Source: Amoebophrya sp. A120
Lineage: Eukaryota > Protista > Dinoflagellata
DNA: 64,000 nt
Reading direction: 5' to 3'
NCBI GenBank assembly: GCA_905178155.1
Contig: CAJINV010000004.1
Span: 11,143,655-11,207,654, forward strand
The notes under the pieces were generated by a model that made no database searches, was not told where the DNA came from, and saw only the letters and a program-made list of their open reading frames with translations. Positions 48,801 through 62,000 of the stretch are shown in pieces; position 1 is the stretch's first letter, and each line of letters opens with the position of its first letter. Both the position numbers and the translations under genes were made by a program.

Positions 48801-49121
48801 GCTCAAGAGCAGGACGAGTTGTACAACTGCTATCGCTTGCCACAAAATATTAAATGTGGCCGAGGCATTTTTACCGGGACGAGGGGCGAAGAACAAAGGA
48901 AGAAGAGGACGTGTGGCGCAGCCTCCTCGTCCGCCGGAAAGAACCAACGGTTCTCTTAGTTCTTTCTCTTCCGAGAGTAGTCCATCTCCTGGTTCACCTG
49001 GGGGAGGACGAGGACCTGGACCTGCTCGTGGTGCTACATCATTTTTAGTACAACCCGCAGTCCTCTTCCGTGCTGGTCTCCAGAGAAGTTTCTGCATCAT
49101 GTTGATGCTACCGTACTTCAT
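42887..49121 (-). CDS. Leishmanolysin/GP63-family metalloprotease (peptidase M8) with mucin-like stalk and TM anchor, multi-exon
   Basis: HEVIHAIYF (HExxH), SHWEQK, ELM, LSTMTLALAEDSGWY, LHWGYNRGCEF (after introner removal), LLDYCPF; Thr-rich tracts; TM LPWWGVVLV...; 3' end may extend to ~42267. Confidence 0.85.
44064..44315. mobile_element. Introner, subfamily A
   Basis: TIR; direct repeat tggtg; inserted in a poly-Thr tract; frame restored on excision. Confidence 0.9.
44740..44903. mobile_element. Introner
   Basis: TIR catgcattgcaaaagaatcgt / acgatacttttgcaatggata; direct repeat tggtt. Confidence 0.85.
46511..46672. mobile_element. Degenerate introner
   Basis: TIR tatcgcacgataaaagt / acttttattttcttgcgata; flanks tttcg/ttttg; excision shifts the frame to give the conserved M8 motif LHWGYNRGCEF. 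Confidence 0.8.
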
Positions 49122-50245
49122 CTAGTATTTCCAAGTAGAACCACTACAGCACAGCTACAGTACGCAGACGCCTTCTGGTTGGGCGAGGTGGTGAAAGAGC
49201 TGCTGCGCACCTCTTCGTGGCTGTCCGCGTCGATTTGCCGGACGACATGTTGTTCTTTCTTTCTTGTAGCAAGAAGCGGTGTCAAATCCGGCCGATGAGG
49301 CTTATTTACGCGACAGTGCAGCAGACGAGACCACAACAAACCTCCGGCCCTTGAAGCTGTCAGTTTGTTTATGTGGGCCTTTTTCTCCTCCAGTTCTTCG
49401 GCGATTCTTTTGTTTATTTCATGTTCGACGCCGTAGTTTTGTTTATTTCATCGTACTTCATGGCCCTGACTCACAGGAACAAGATGTAGATACAGGCTTT
49501 CCAACGATACTAGCACGAGGACAATCACGCGTAGATGCGTCACATTCATAAGGGGTGGAGGTTTGCTTTTTACCCGTACCCGGCGCACCACGAGACCCCA
49601 ACAACATTTTCTGACTGGATCGAACTTTGACTTTCGTGTCCCATTCTTCTACTTCCCGCTTCTAGTATAGTCAGACAGGCGGCACCCCCTGCACGTCCGA
49701 TTCGTCCTTCAAAACGCGCACTACGACCCACGAGAGCGAAACTACTGTGACGGTACCGACTTCGAACGAACTAGACCCCCGGGAAGAAAACACGATACCG
49801 AGGATAACGAGGGCACGAACTAGCGCTGATGCATGGCGAGAGGGCGGGCGGCGCACCCACATCCACAAACGACCTTTACCGAACGCATCAACGTTGCCGA
49901 TGCTTGATTTGCAGTTTCTGAACACCAGCTGGGTACATCAACATAAAAAGTAAAACTGTGTTTCTTTGCATACTTAAGTTGCAGTAAGTTCATCTGGATG
50001 AGCGATATCTAGTACGGTTTTGCATGTAGTAGAGAAGTACCCTACGACCTCCGAAGAGCGCAAGGAGAAGGACGTCGTCTCAACATGTTTTGCGATGACA
50101 TTTAGCTCTGCGTCGTTCATGTTGATGAGAACTACGTGATCCCAACATCACAACCTCTTCACCAGACTGCTGCAAGAATGATCTTCCTGCTCCTCGTGAT
50201 GATACAATTTCCTGATCTTGCCGCACCAACGCTAAAGTTTGCATG

Positions 50246-51787
50246 TTAGCGAAACAGACTTCTCATCATTTGCTCCACTAACGTATCGTTCATTTGTTCG
50301 ACGACACTCCTGGCCGTCATGAAGTTCTGCAGCTTCTCGATCGGTACGTAGCGAATTTTCCTCCCCTTCGAGGCCCGGCGATCGTAGTGCAAATTCTTCT
50401 TGGAGTTCAGCGCTTTGCTCTTGGAATTTGCGCTCTCCGTTGCCGCGGAGGTAATCAAGTTCCTTCCGCTTGTATCGTCTCCTTTTGTCGCCGTACAACC
50501 AGCTGAGACTATGTCTTGCAGCATTTGCGCGTAGAAGTCCCGGTCGTCATAGAACCTCCGATCGAGCAAGTCCTCATCTTGATTTTTAAGAGCGGAAGTC
50601 GTGCCTGTGGCTGGTGTGGTCGAAGCTGCACTTGTCCTGTCCTCTGCCGCTTTTTTCGGGTGCACCTTCTTCTCCCAATTCTTGTCCAAGAGCGCGTTGC
50701 GGATCTGTGCGGGGATGCTCTGATCCAGGACCTTGAACGCTTTCTCGCCCTTCACTGTCACCTGCGTCTCCTGCCGGGTCTGCTCCAGAGCGTCGACGCA
50801 ACTCGTCACGACTTGCTCTACTTCTGGAAGACGAGGCAGTACCGCTTTCGTCTGAGAAGTTGCATTGTTTGATGTCGCTTGTAGTTCTGCTCGTCCAACT
50901 TGCCACTCCTCCGGGAGCGAACTTACCTGCAGCTGCTGCAGTTCGGACTTCAGTTTTAACAGCTGGTCGTGCTGGGATTTCTGCCTTTCAATTTCGCTTG
51001 CCTTGTTCGTGGCCCCCACACCAGCATCTCGGACCCTTTTCAGACTTGGCTCCAGCAAAATCCGCAGCTTCTGCAACTTCTTGAAGAAGTTCACCTGCGT
51101 CCTCACAGCCTGGGGCGCGAACTTTTCGCCGCTGTTCACCGTGCTGTCACCGATCTTCTTGATCAACGTGAACTTTTTCGGTTTCGTCGCTTCCTCGTAC
51201 TGCTTCTGCAGGTCTGCGTTGATGGCGAAAAGGGGCTGCCGCTTTTTGTCACTCTGGTCATCTTCTTCTTCCGCTCCATGTTTAATACCGCCACGCGGAG
51301 CGACAGCTTGCGCACCGTGGGACGTGGTTTTCTGTTCGATGGGAGCATCGTCGGAGGAGATTTCGCTGGCTTCGCTCTTGAAATCGTTGTCCTCCAGTTC
51401 AGAGGACGAGCCTTTTTCTTGCAGATCATCTTCACTCGAAGTGCCGTCCTCGCCGCCCTCTACTTCGTCGCCACTGACAAATTCCAGCTCCGCCGAAGAG
51501 GACTGCTCGTCAGCACTACTCAACATCCCATCGTCCTGCTCCAACTCTCTCCTGCTCACCTTCGCACTCGGCACCAAGTTCGGGATGTCGGCGCGGAGGC
51601 GTAATCTTCCTTTGCTGCTTGTCTTTTGATCATTTCCGCCGAGGTTGAGCAAGCTCGCGTCGACTTTTCGCTTCTTCAGGGACGGGGCATCCAGGAGGCT
51701 GTCGTGCTGCTCCAGTGCGGCCGTGCTGTCGGTGGGCGCCTCACCATACAGCTTGCGGAGCTTTGCGGCCAGGTTGCTGGTGGACAT
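50246..51787 (-). CDS. AATF: AATF/Che-1/Bfr2 ribosome biogenesis factor
   Basis: Acidic N-terminus, LRILLEP, TRAUB-domain motifs YDDRDFYAQML, DRRASKGRKIRY, KLQNFM. Confidence 0.93.
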   Translation of the reverse strand: MSTSNLAAKLRKLYGEAPTDSTAALEQHDSLLDAPSLKKRKVDASLLNLGGNDQKTSSKGRLRLRADIPNLVPSAKVSRRELEQDDGMLSSADEQSSSAELEFVSGDEVEGGEDGTSSEDDLQEKGSSSELEDNDFKSEASEISSDDAPIEQKTTSHGAQAVAPRGGIKHGAEEEDDQSDKKRQPLFAINADLQKQYEEATKPKKFTLIKKIGDSTVNSGEKFAPQAVRTQVNFFKKLQKLRILLEPSLKRVRDAGVGATNKASEIERQKSQHDQLLKLKSELQQLQVSSLPEEWQVGRAELQATSNNATSQTKAVLPRLPEVEQVVTSCVDALEQTRQETQVTVKGEKAFKVLDQSIPAQIRNALLDKNWEKKVHPKKAAEDRTSAASTTPATGTTSALKNQDEDLLDRRFYDDRDFYAQMLQDIVSAGCTATKGDDTSGRNLITSAATESANSKSKALNSKKNLHYDRRASKGRKIRYVPIEKLQNFMTARSVVEQMNDTLVEQMMRSLFR

Positions 51788-53009
51788 GGTTACGAATTGT
51801 GTTTGTGTTTCTCGTTCTCCCTATAATAAATTCGAGTACAAATAAGGCACAACTTCGAAAGGAATTGGAAACCTCAATTTTTCGAATCGGCACCTAAACG
51901 ACTACAACCCAATACGCTATATCTTCGCGGTCGATCCGAATTCTATCAACAATCTTCAAGCCTGCTTTTAGGGACATCGATTGATGATCCACGCGATGAT
52001 CGTGATCATCGAAATTCGACACAGTCATGAGCTCGGAGGTCGTACCACAACTAGTATATTATACCAACGTGATCATCTGTTCTTTCCTTTTGGTTTTGAT
52101 TCGATCTGTCTGCCATTCTAAGCGACATTTCCTTTGCTGTTGTGATCGATCCTTTTCGAGACCAGGGAAGCCACATGATTAGCACTTTCTGTCTCAGTTT
52201 TACGACTTCTTAGCACTTGATCTTGACCCATGAGAAAAATGTTTTGAACCGCGACAAGTTGACGCGATGACTTCATAAGCGCGGCATAAAGCGCTGGCGA
52301 TTTCATTCGCCAGGCATATTTCAGATTTAGATCTTTTTCTTCCCCATGGAGTGAGAATATTTCGTTTTTTTTTGTTCCTGAGATGTAAGAGACTAGCAGC
52401 AGCACCGGGATACGGTACAAATCGTACTTATATCAAGCGCATATATTCAACTTCTCTTTCTCTCAAGTCAAAGGGTTACTGTTTGTGAAACGTGGGCTGA
52501 GGACCGGGTTCTTTCTTTATGGTTCGATAAAACAAGTCCAGAATTATGACGACTTTTGTCATCTGTCGGCTAGTGTAATTCGTGTGAATTTTAAATTGCA
52601 AAGTTGACTTAGTGTGTAAACAAAAACAATGGAATTTGAATAATGTGAATATGCTTAAACAATGTAAAAACTTGAAAAGTGATGATTAATAGTCGAGAAC
52701 GAAGCCATACTGAAAGTGTAAGTGTTACAAGTAAATATGAAATTGGAATTCAAAAAGGTGCTATCTAGAAAAAAATTGAAACGAGTTTCGCGTGAAGGGT
52801 GTTCACGTCTTTTGAACAGCATTTGAAGCTGGTGCATGTTGATGTATAAAAATGTACTAAACAGATTCTGAATCATGTTGAACAGGAAATTAGAAAAGAC
52901 ATCTTTGGAGAACAACGAACTAATCGTATTAAGGAGGAGACACAAAGCATGAGCATTCAGTTTTTGACGGATTCTCGACCGGCGGCGGTGTAGTCCTAGT
53001 CCCAGCAAC

Positions 53010-56000
53010 CTAACCGGTTCCCGATAACAGTTGCATGGTGCTGTCGATGCCGCCGTTCTTTTGCATGCTTTGCAGCTTTGACCCGATGTTTGACTGGAAG
53101 TCGGCGTTGCTGGTGAGCGACATGATCTTTCCACCCACACTGTTCATGCTTTTGGGCATCGACTGCGCGTGGTTGGCGATCAGGTAGCTCCGGACCGCGC
53201 CCTTGGTGGCCAAGCCGCCGGCGCCCGCCCGGATCAGCTCCTTTTTCTCTTCGTTGGTCAATTTTTTCGTGCCGGCGCCCGCGTCGTCGTCCTGCGCGAC
53301 CTTTTTCGCCAGGGACTTGGCGACCATCGGCTTGAAGCCGGAGGTGATCAGGGCCTGCTCGGTCTCCCCCAGGTCCAGACAGGTGTCGGCCGCCACCTCC
53401 ACCGAGGCCAGACTGTAGGTGCTCATCATCGCGGACGAAAGCACCTGTTTGTCAGTCGCGTCCTCGACGAGGGACTGGAGGCCCGCAATGCCCTCCTCGG
53501 CATTCACGCCCGCGTTTTCCATCGCTTCCTTGTCTTGCTCAGTCAAATCATCTGAGGGGGGAGCCTGTTGTAGAATTGTATCCGAAAATTAAACATAAGT
53601 AGACACGCAAAACATCTTCACAAACTCAAACTCGTATGCAAGCAATGTTATATGTTTTCATAAAACAACTGGAACTGAGATGATGATCTTGTGGAATCTG
53701 CACGCCAAGTTCGTCAGCACGCATGATGACAGAGAGAGTCAGCCATTCGCGCTTCCGGACAGTAAGGAAAAGCACGGATAACAAGAAGCCACAGTGCCTA
53801 TCTTCCACTTCTAGCCAGCGAGAGCGAATTCTTTTATTTGCATGACACTGGACCTGGAGTTTGCATCACGTGAAGATTGAAATAAAGCCTCTTAATCTGC
53901 GATGCTGGATGAAGTACTAGAACTAGTGAACCAACATTTCCAATCGTACCTCCTCCGGGTTTTCCACCATGGCCTTCGCCGCTTTCTTCGCGTAGCCCAT
54001 TGTGAACCCCTTATCCACGAGTACCGTTTCGATCTGTGCCGCGTCGCGGATGAAGGCGATCTCGCCGCTGTCCTCCAGCGCGGACTGCACGGTGTACTCG
54101 TAGTCGTCGGGCTTCGTGGTGGGTGCGGCCTTGGCCGCCACCTTCCGCGCCGCCACGTAGTTTCGCAGCGTGCCCATGGTTTCCACGCCCCCGAAGCCCA
54201 TGTCCTTCAGGATGGTCATGTCCGACTCCGCTATCAAGTTGTTCACGTGGCCGTCCGTGGTGGCCTTCTGCGCGATGCGCTTCGCGTCCGACCGAGCGAA
54301 GCCGCCGTTCACCAGCACCTCCTCGATGTCGTTGCGCTCCGCCTCCGCGGCCTCGGCAAACAGCTCCTTGTCGTCCTCCGTCAGGGCCCCGGCGGAGGTC
54401 GCGGTCTCGGGCGGCAGCGCCAGGTCCTCGGCGGTCTCCGTCGGCCCCGACGCGGCGCCAGCGGTGAGCAGGTCGGCTAGCTCCTGTTCGTCCTCGTCCT
54501 CCTTGGCTGGTTCGGTCGGCGCTACCCCCATGCCGATGTCGTCGTCCACGAACTCCTCTATGTCGGGTCTCGCGCAGCACGGCAGACAGGAACAGGGGCC
54601 CGGGTTTGGGCGGTTCACCTTCCGCCGCACGGCGGTCACCGCCGCGGTGGCCACGTCCGCCTGCTTCTCCTGCTTGCCCACCGCCTGTTCGGCGATGACC
54701 AGGTTCAGCAGCTGCGCGTCGCGGTCGTCTCCCTCCATGGTGGTCAGGTCCAGGTCCGCCAGCGCCTGGAGGTCCTGCGGGGTCTGCGGGACCGCCTCGT
54801 CGTGCTTCAGCACCATCTTCCGCGCCTTGCCCCGCGCGAAGGCGGGCGAAAAGCCCTGCTGCAACATCACCTTCTCCGCCTCCCCGAAGGTCAGGCTCAC
54901 CAGCGTCTCCGTCTGCAGCTTCTTCTTCTCCTTCGCGACGAACTGGGTGACCATGTCCGCCACCTCCGCCTGTCCGAACACAATCTGCTCCAGAAAGGCC
55001 AGGTCCGCGGTCACCTCCGGGTCGCGCCGGTTGGTCCCGAGCTTCTGCGCGCGGGTCAGCCCGCCGCGCAGCTCCGCGGACTCGATCTCCCCGTTCAGGC
55101 CCATGGCCCCGATGTTGTGGGCGCGCAGCTCCTTGATCTTCTCCTTTTCCCGCCTTGGCATCGCGAGGTTGTTCGCCTTCACGAACCCGGTGAAATTCTC
55201 CGCCACCTCCGCGTTCTCGAACACCAGCTGTTCCAACAGGGCCAGATCGGCAGCCAGCGCCTTCTTGCCCGTCTGCCCGATGCGCTCCACCTTCATCCAT
55301 CCCTCCACCTGCTCGGCCATCTCGGGCTCGTTCATCACCAGCTGCTCCAGCGTTTTCAGATCCTGCTTGTAGGTCTCCTTCCGGCCCCCGCCCCCGATTT
55401 TATTCGCGGTCATGAATTTCTGGACTTTGGTCGCCACCATGGGGTCGCCGAACGCGATCTTCTCGAGGGTCTGCAGGTCCGCGACCACATTCTGCTTTCG
55501 CTGCTTCTTGACGAGCTCCATCTTGCGCTCCGCCATGCCCGCAAACTCTACCTCGCCGAACTGGGCCTGTTCCAGTAGCCCGATGTCCCCGACCACGCCC
55601 AGCAGCGCCATGTCGCCCGTGTTGGGGCCGACGTTGCGCAGCTTCTCCTTGCGGATGAAGGTGTCCCACTTGCCCGCGGTCTCGGCGTCCCCGAGCGGCC
55701 CGAGGTGCTCCAGGATGCGCAGGTCGGCCGCGGTGGCGCCGTCCCCGTTGATGGACCCGTCGTAGTACAGCGTTTCGGCCGCTTTCGCCGCGAAGGTGGG
55801 CGTGAACCCCACGCGCTTCATCACGGACTCGGCCTCGCCGAGCGAGTACACGCACTGGGTGTCCGTGTAGATGTTGTCGTTCACGAACCGGCGCTTGTCT
55901 GTCTTTATGCGGCACCGCTTCTCGAGCCACCCGCGCATCTGCGCGGCCTCCGCGCCGCCGGTCAGCCCCAGTCGCTCCAGGATGCGCAGGTCCGTTTCGT

Positions 56001-59000
56001 CGGTCGCGATCGGGATCTTGTCGTTGGGGTCCGCGCCCGCGTTCGCCTCGCGCGCGCGGTTGCCCCGCGCCTTCAGAAAGCCCTCAATCAGCTCGCCGCG
56101 CTCCGCCGCGGCGTACACCGGGTCGTAGTAGCCGTCCGCGGTCACGTGCGTCTGGTGCTTCTTCATCCGGGCGAGGGCGGCCTCCAGCCCGCCCGTGGTG
56201 GCGGTTTCGTAGTCGCCGCGGTTCGGCAGGTACCCGCCCCCGGCGGTCAGAATCTCCTGTTTCCTCTTCGCCTTCGAGAAGGCCTCTTGCCAGCTCGTGC
56301 CCTCGCTCGCCACCTCGTACTGCTCGGGGGGCGCCCAGCCGCCGTCCGCGGCCAGCGGATTCATCATCTGCTTCGCGACCTTTTTCGCGTAGTCCGCCGT
56401 GAACCCCGCGCCGCGGAGCGCCGTCTCCACCTCGCGGTGCGCGCACTGGTACGCGGTCTCGGTCTGGATCAGGGGGAACAGGTGGTGCAACTTTGTCGTC
56501 TCGGGCGTGAAGTCCAGCTCCCGCAGCACCGCCACGTCGGAGGGCGAGCTGGCGTAGGGCCAGCCGCCGTCGACGCCCAGCGAGTTCTGAAACTTCACGC
56601 ACTCCTTCGCGGCCTGCTTCGCAAAGTCCGGGGTGAAGCCGAAGGACAGCAGACAGTTCTCGAAGTCGCCAAACTCCAGTGACTCGCCCGCCACCGCGAG
56701 TGGGTCCAGGCGGGAGATCGCGTTCGGGGCCCGCAGCCACGCCTTCACGTAGCCGCGCAACTCGCCAACGGACTCGGCGCCGCCGAAGCCCAACCTCTCA
56801 AACACCGTCGTGTTCACGCCCTTCGCGGGGAGAATCTTTGTCTTGTCCACCACCCGCGGGTCCCACAGTTGCCGGGCTAGGGCGGTCGCGTACTTCTGCG
56901 CGAATCCCATGTTCAGCAGCGCCTTTGTAACCTCCGCGGTCGAGAAGTCGAACAACTGGTTGTCTCCGACGTACCCAATGGGCACGTCCTGGAGGTGTTG
57001 CGGGAGGTTTTCCCGCTTCAGGTTGGCCGGGTCGAAGGGGTCCAGTGCCTCGGCGGTGTCGCCGGTGTACTTCCCTTTCTTGTTTTTCTTGCCGCCGGTT
57101 TTACCAACCTGCATGTGCACTATCCCGTAGGTGTCAAACACGTCCCGGCGGCCGGGGCCGTAGGGGTCGTCGTCGCGCCCCCCCGGGTGCTGGTTCGCGG
57201 TGTACCCGGGCCCGCCGCCGCCCGCCTTCCCACCGGGGTGGAACGGGGCCTTGCCGCGGTTCGCCTCCGAGGCCGCCTGGCCGGGCTGGCGGAAGAAGTT
57301 GTTGAACGGGTTTTTCTTGCCGTAGCTGTAACTTCGCTTCTTTTTTCCGCTCCCGTCGTCTTCGTCCCCGTTGTTATCGTTGAAATTGTTCCCGCCTATC
57401 CCGTGGAAAAACGTTCCAACCCCCTACTAGACTTCTTGGTCATGCAGAGATTCGCATGACCTCTTGTAAGGAGCTTTTGCAAAGCGCACCCTCGTATCAG
57501 GATCGGGACTCACTAGACTACAGACCCATAGAAGTTACTCTGCGCAACTGCATCTCGTCGCACTCGCCATACTAGTAAATCTAAAACTAGTATACGTACT
57601 CGAAAAAGTAAAGTGCCTACAATGCATACATAGAAAATTATCTACCAGTGCCATGATTTTGACTTCGGGGTAGTGACGTTTTTGCACAGGATACCGCTGT
57701 CGTTGTCGTCACCGCCACCACCTCCACCGCCCCCGCCGGGCGGTTTGCCCACGAGCCAATCTGGCCCTGGCGGAGGTCCACCTGGGGACCCCGGCTTGTT
57801 CTTGCCGCCCGATTTGTCTTTCGCTTTTCCCGACTGGTTGTTGTAGCTGCGGTTGTCGATGCTTTGGCCCGGGCCATAGTTGCCCATGCTTCCGCCGTCG
57901 AATTTCTTGCCACTATGGGTGGGGTTTCCCCCGCTTTCGGATTCGTCGTCGTCGTCGCCGTGACGACCGCCGCCACTCTTACTCGACCCGCCCGGGCCGC
58001 CACCGCTGCTATTATAGGGCCCGCCCTTATCTTTCTTTTTCTTCTTTTTCGAGCCGCCGTCGCTATCATCGTTGTTTCGACTGGAAAAAGAATCGTCGCC
58101 GGAATCGCCGGGGCGGCCCGACTTGTCCTTCTTTTTCTTCTTCGTGCCGCCGTCGGTCTCATCGTCTATGTTGGACGTGCTGCCGAAGGGGTCGTCCGAC
58201 TTCCGCCGCTTCTTGCCGCCATGGGAGTCGTCGCCCCCACCGCGCGCCGACGGGCGCGCCGACTTCCGTCCCCCGTCGCCGCCACGGGCGGACTTCCGGC
58301 CCCCGTCACCGCCGCGTGCGGAGGGCCGCGCGGACTTGCGGCCGCCGTCGTCCTTCCTCTTTCTCGACCCTGAGTCGCCGTCATCGTCGCGGTCGCTACC
58401 GCTTGTTGCGCCGCCCTTGTTATCCTTGCTGCGGTTCTTTTTATCATCCGGTCCGCCGCCGCCCGGCATCCTCGACTTGCGGTCCCTTGGCGTGCTACCG
58501 CCGTCTCCGGGGCTGCCCCCGCCCCCGCGCTGCGACTTGCGGTCGTCGCCCGGTCCACCGTGGCGTGCCGAGGGGCGCGCGGACTTCCGGCCGCCGGGTG
58601 GTCCCCCGGGCGTCTGCGACTTGCGCGCCTCCTTGTCCTTCTTCTTTCGGTCCTTATCCCGCTTTTTGATGTCGTCGCTCCACTTTTTCCGCACCAGGGC
58701 GCGCGCGTGCCCCGCGTCCTTCGTGTCCTTCGCGTTGTCCTGCACCGCCTGCTTGTCTTTCTTGTCCGTGGGCTTGGGCAGGTCCTGCTTGGGCGGGACG
58801 TTCGGGTCCAGCAGCTGGTCCGCCACCTTGTCGGCGTAGGGCGGCGTGAACCCGAACTCCTCCTCCAGCACCTTCTTCATGCGGTCCTTGGCTTTGTCGT
58901 TCTTCGGCGGTTTCGTGTCGTCGAAGTACTTCGGCCCCCGCTCTTCGTTGCCCGGCTTCTTCGGGTCCAGGATGTTTTGCATGTCCTGGCCCGTGAACAT

Positions 59001-62000
59001 CTTCTTCTTGTCCTTCAGGTCGTCGAGCACTTTGTTCTTAAAATCCTTCAGCGGGACTTTGTCGTCCGGGTGGTCGTCGTTGGGGTCGAACAGGTCCTTG
59101 AACTTCTGCTTGTCTTCCTTGGTGGCGTCGTTCAGGGCCACCGGGTCCTTGCCCCGGTTCTGGTACTTCTCGTCCAGCAGCATGCCGGCCAGCTTCTTGC
59201 GGAACTTCGCGGTGAAGGGCGCCAGCAGGTCCTCCACGTCCTTGCGCTTCACCCAGCTGGTGTCGCCGCCGGCGCCGAACTTCTCCTCGTACTCGCCCAG
59301 CAGCCGGCACCCGCCCCACCCGCGCCCGGCCACGAACCCGCGCATCACGGCCACGTGCGCGTGGTTGCTCATGTCGAAGGCCTGCAGCAACATCAGGTCG
59401 TCCTCGCCCGCCTTCACGATCTTGTCCTCGTCCTTGGTCTTCGCGTCGTTCAACTGCTTGGCCAGGGCGACCGCGTAGTCCTCCGTGAACCCCTGCGCGA
59501 CGAGCACGGCGGCCACGTCCAGCTGGGTGGGGCCGACGAGGTCGAGCTTGCCGTCCTTGGCGTCGTCGAAGTCCTTCTTGTTGGTGACCAGCTTCATCGC
59601 GTGCTGCTGGAACCGGGTGTCCGAGGTTCCCGTGTCCTCCAGACTGAGCGCCGCCATGGCCATCGAGGGCCGCGCGGACGTGGCCGCCATGGAGGCGCGG
59701 GTGCTGGTGGGCATCTGCGAGGGCATCATGGAGGCCCGGGTACTGGCCATGGTGTTCTTCATGTCCCCCGGGAGCCCCCCGCACACCTCGCGCACGTCCC
59801 GCACCAGCAGCCGCGCGCCCACCTGCGCGCCGCACAGCTCCGCCAGCTTACTGCGGTCCTTGTGCGCCAGGAACGCGTCGTCGAACGGCAGCACATCCCG
59901 CACCGACGGGTCCGTGATCTGAAGGCAGACCTTCTTCGCGCCCTCGTTGGTCAAGCCCTTCCGCAGCAGCTTCTTGAAGATCTTCTCCACCTCGGGGTTT
60001 TGCCGCGCTTTTTCCCATTTGTCGTCCTTGTCCATGTTTGGCTCTGCGGAATCGATCGGGCCCCTTGCGGATTTCCGCCCGGCCGGCGACCGCGTGGACG
60101 CCGGGCTCACGCTCTTGCGGGTCGACGCCATGTCCCCGCGGGTGGAGGCCATGTTCCCGTAATCGTAGTCCCGCGCGGAGATCATCTGCGACTTGCGCGC
60201 GCCCCCCCCGCCGCCGGTCTTCTTCTCCTGCTTCACGATCTCCTTCTTTTTCCGGACCTGCGACTTTAGCTCGTTCATGCGCGCCGTCTCCGCCTGCGTG
60301 GGCGCCGCGGGCATCTGCGAGGCCAGCTGGGCGTCGGCGGCGGCGGTCTGCGCCGGCTTGCGGGTGCGCACTTTGCGCGTCTTCTGCGTCTTCACGCGCT
60401 GCACCATCGAGGGCCGCATGCCGCTGGTGTCCATCTGCGACGGCATGGCGCTCACCACGGCGTCCGTGGCGGCCCCGGCCGCCTGGTGCAGCTCCTGCAG
60501 CGCCTCGCGCGCCATCCCGAAGTTGTCGCCCTGCATGAACCCGAAGGCGTCCAGGTGCTCCAGCAGGTTCGCGGGCAGCTCTTGGTCTGGCTTGTTCCCG
60601 GGGTTGCAAATCGCCTTCGCCAGCATCCCCGCGACGATGGCGTCCATGCCGAGCTCCTTCATCAGCACCACCTGGTCCTCCTCCGCGATGCCCGGTATGT
60701 TGTGGTTCAGCTTCAGCACCCGCCGGGCCTCCCCGATGGTTTTGCAGTTGCAGCCGCAGTTGATCAGCGCCATCAGGTCGCTCTCGGCGTCCGGCTTTTT
60801 CAGCTCCGTACTGTTGGCGCGGTTGGGGTCTGCGATTTTGGCCGCGAGTTGGTTCGCGAATTCTTCGCTCGCGCCGTTGTTCTTCAGCAGTTGGCACACG
60901 TCCGATTCCTCCAGCGGCTCCGCATCGTCGCTCTCCGCGCTTTCTCCCTCGGCACGCGGCATGTTGCCACTGAACATCTTCTTGCTGATGGGGCCGTCAC
61001 CGCCGGCAGCAGCATCTGTTCCCGTCTCATTCCCGGAAACATCTTCCGTGCTATCTGCTACAACTGCTGCAGCTCCTGCTGTAGTCCCCTCGCTAGAAGC
61101 TGCGCCGTCCTCGCTCTTCTTGTTTCCACCGCCACACCCAATTGCGAGTCCGACGATGAGACCTATCAGAAGCACGGCACCTCCGGCGGCGATACCGGCG
61201 ATCGCGCCAACAGACATTCCCGTACTCGCCGCGCCGTCTGCGCTCGCCGTCCCGTCGTCTCCGGTTTTTCGAAATAACTGCTCTTTGTTCATCTCGCGGA
61301 AAAACAAAAACCTGTTTGCGAGTTGCAAGAAGGACGGGAAAAGCAACTGGTCGCGGGGGTCCTGTCGTGTTTCTGCTAACTCTGCAGGATCTAGTTGCAG
61401 CTCATCTGCCGGCCGTGCAGAAGGAGCTGTTATTTCCGACTTAGACGCTGAAGTGTCGAAATCGTCCTCCGCTGAGATCGTCTGTTGTGCCCGAGGTAAG
61501 TCGTCACCCGGGAGTGGTATGCTGGCGTGTTCACCACTATGATCGGCTTGCTCAAGAAAGTCTTCTTCACCTTGTGGTTCCCCGAACGGAACTGCGTCTT
61601 CTGGTGCAACAGAGCCAGCGACGGTTGTACTAGCACGGCTAGGGGCCGGAACATAAATTTCCTCTCTACTTTCTGGATCAAGGAGAAACGAGTGGTCTTC
61701 GTTAGTTGTACTACTGCTAGGTGTCGCGGCTTTCCTCCGCAAGGACTCTAGGACTGCTGGTCGCGACCCTTGCCTGTTGTCGATTACCGAAGTAGATGTA
61801 GTGCCGGTTTCTGATGGCGGGCCGGGACGGGACGAGACGTTTTCATCAACAATCCTGTCGTTTGACGGTGAAATGAATGAAGAGTCGTCTTCTACCCTGT
61901 GGGCGTAGAGGTTGTCTTCCGCGTGGTCCCTCATCCCTTTTATGCGCCTGGCCGTGCGTCTGCGGCCTTTCCTCTGCGCCTCCCGCTGCGCCCGCATGAA

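Noticed and set aside
53902-61542. Long plus-strand ORFs (e.g. 58560-60269, 60193-61542, 54170-55372)
   Set aside because: Antisense shadows of the GC-rich minus-strand CDS, with no independent motifs
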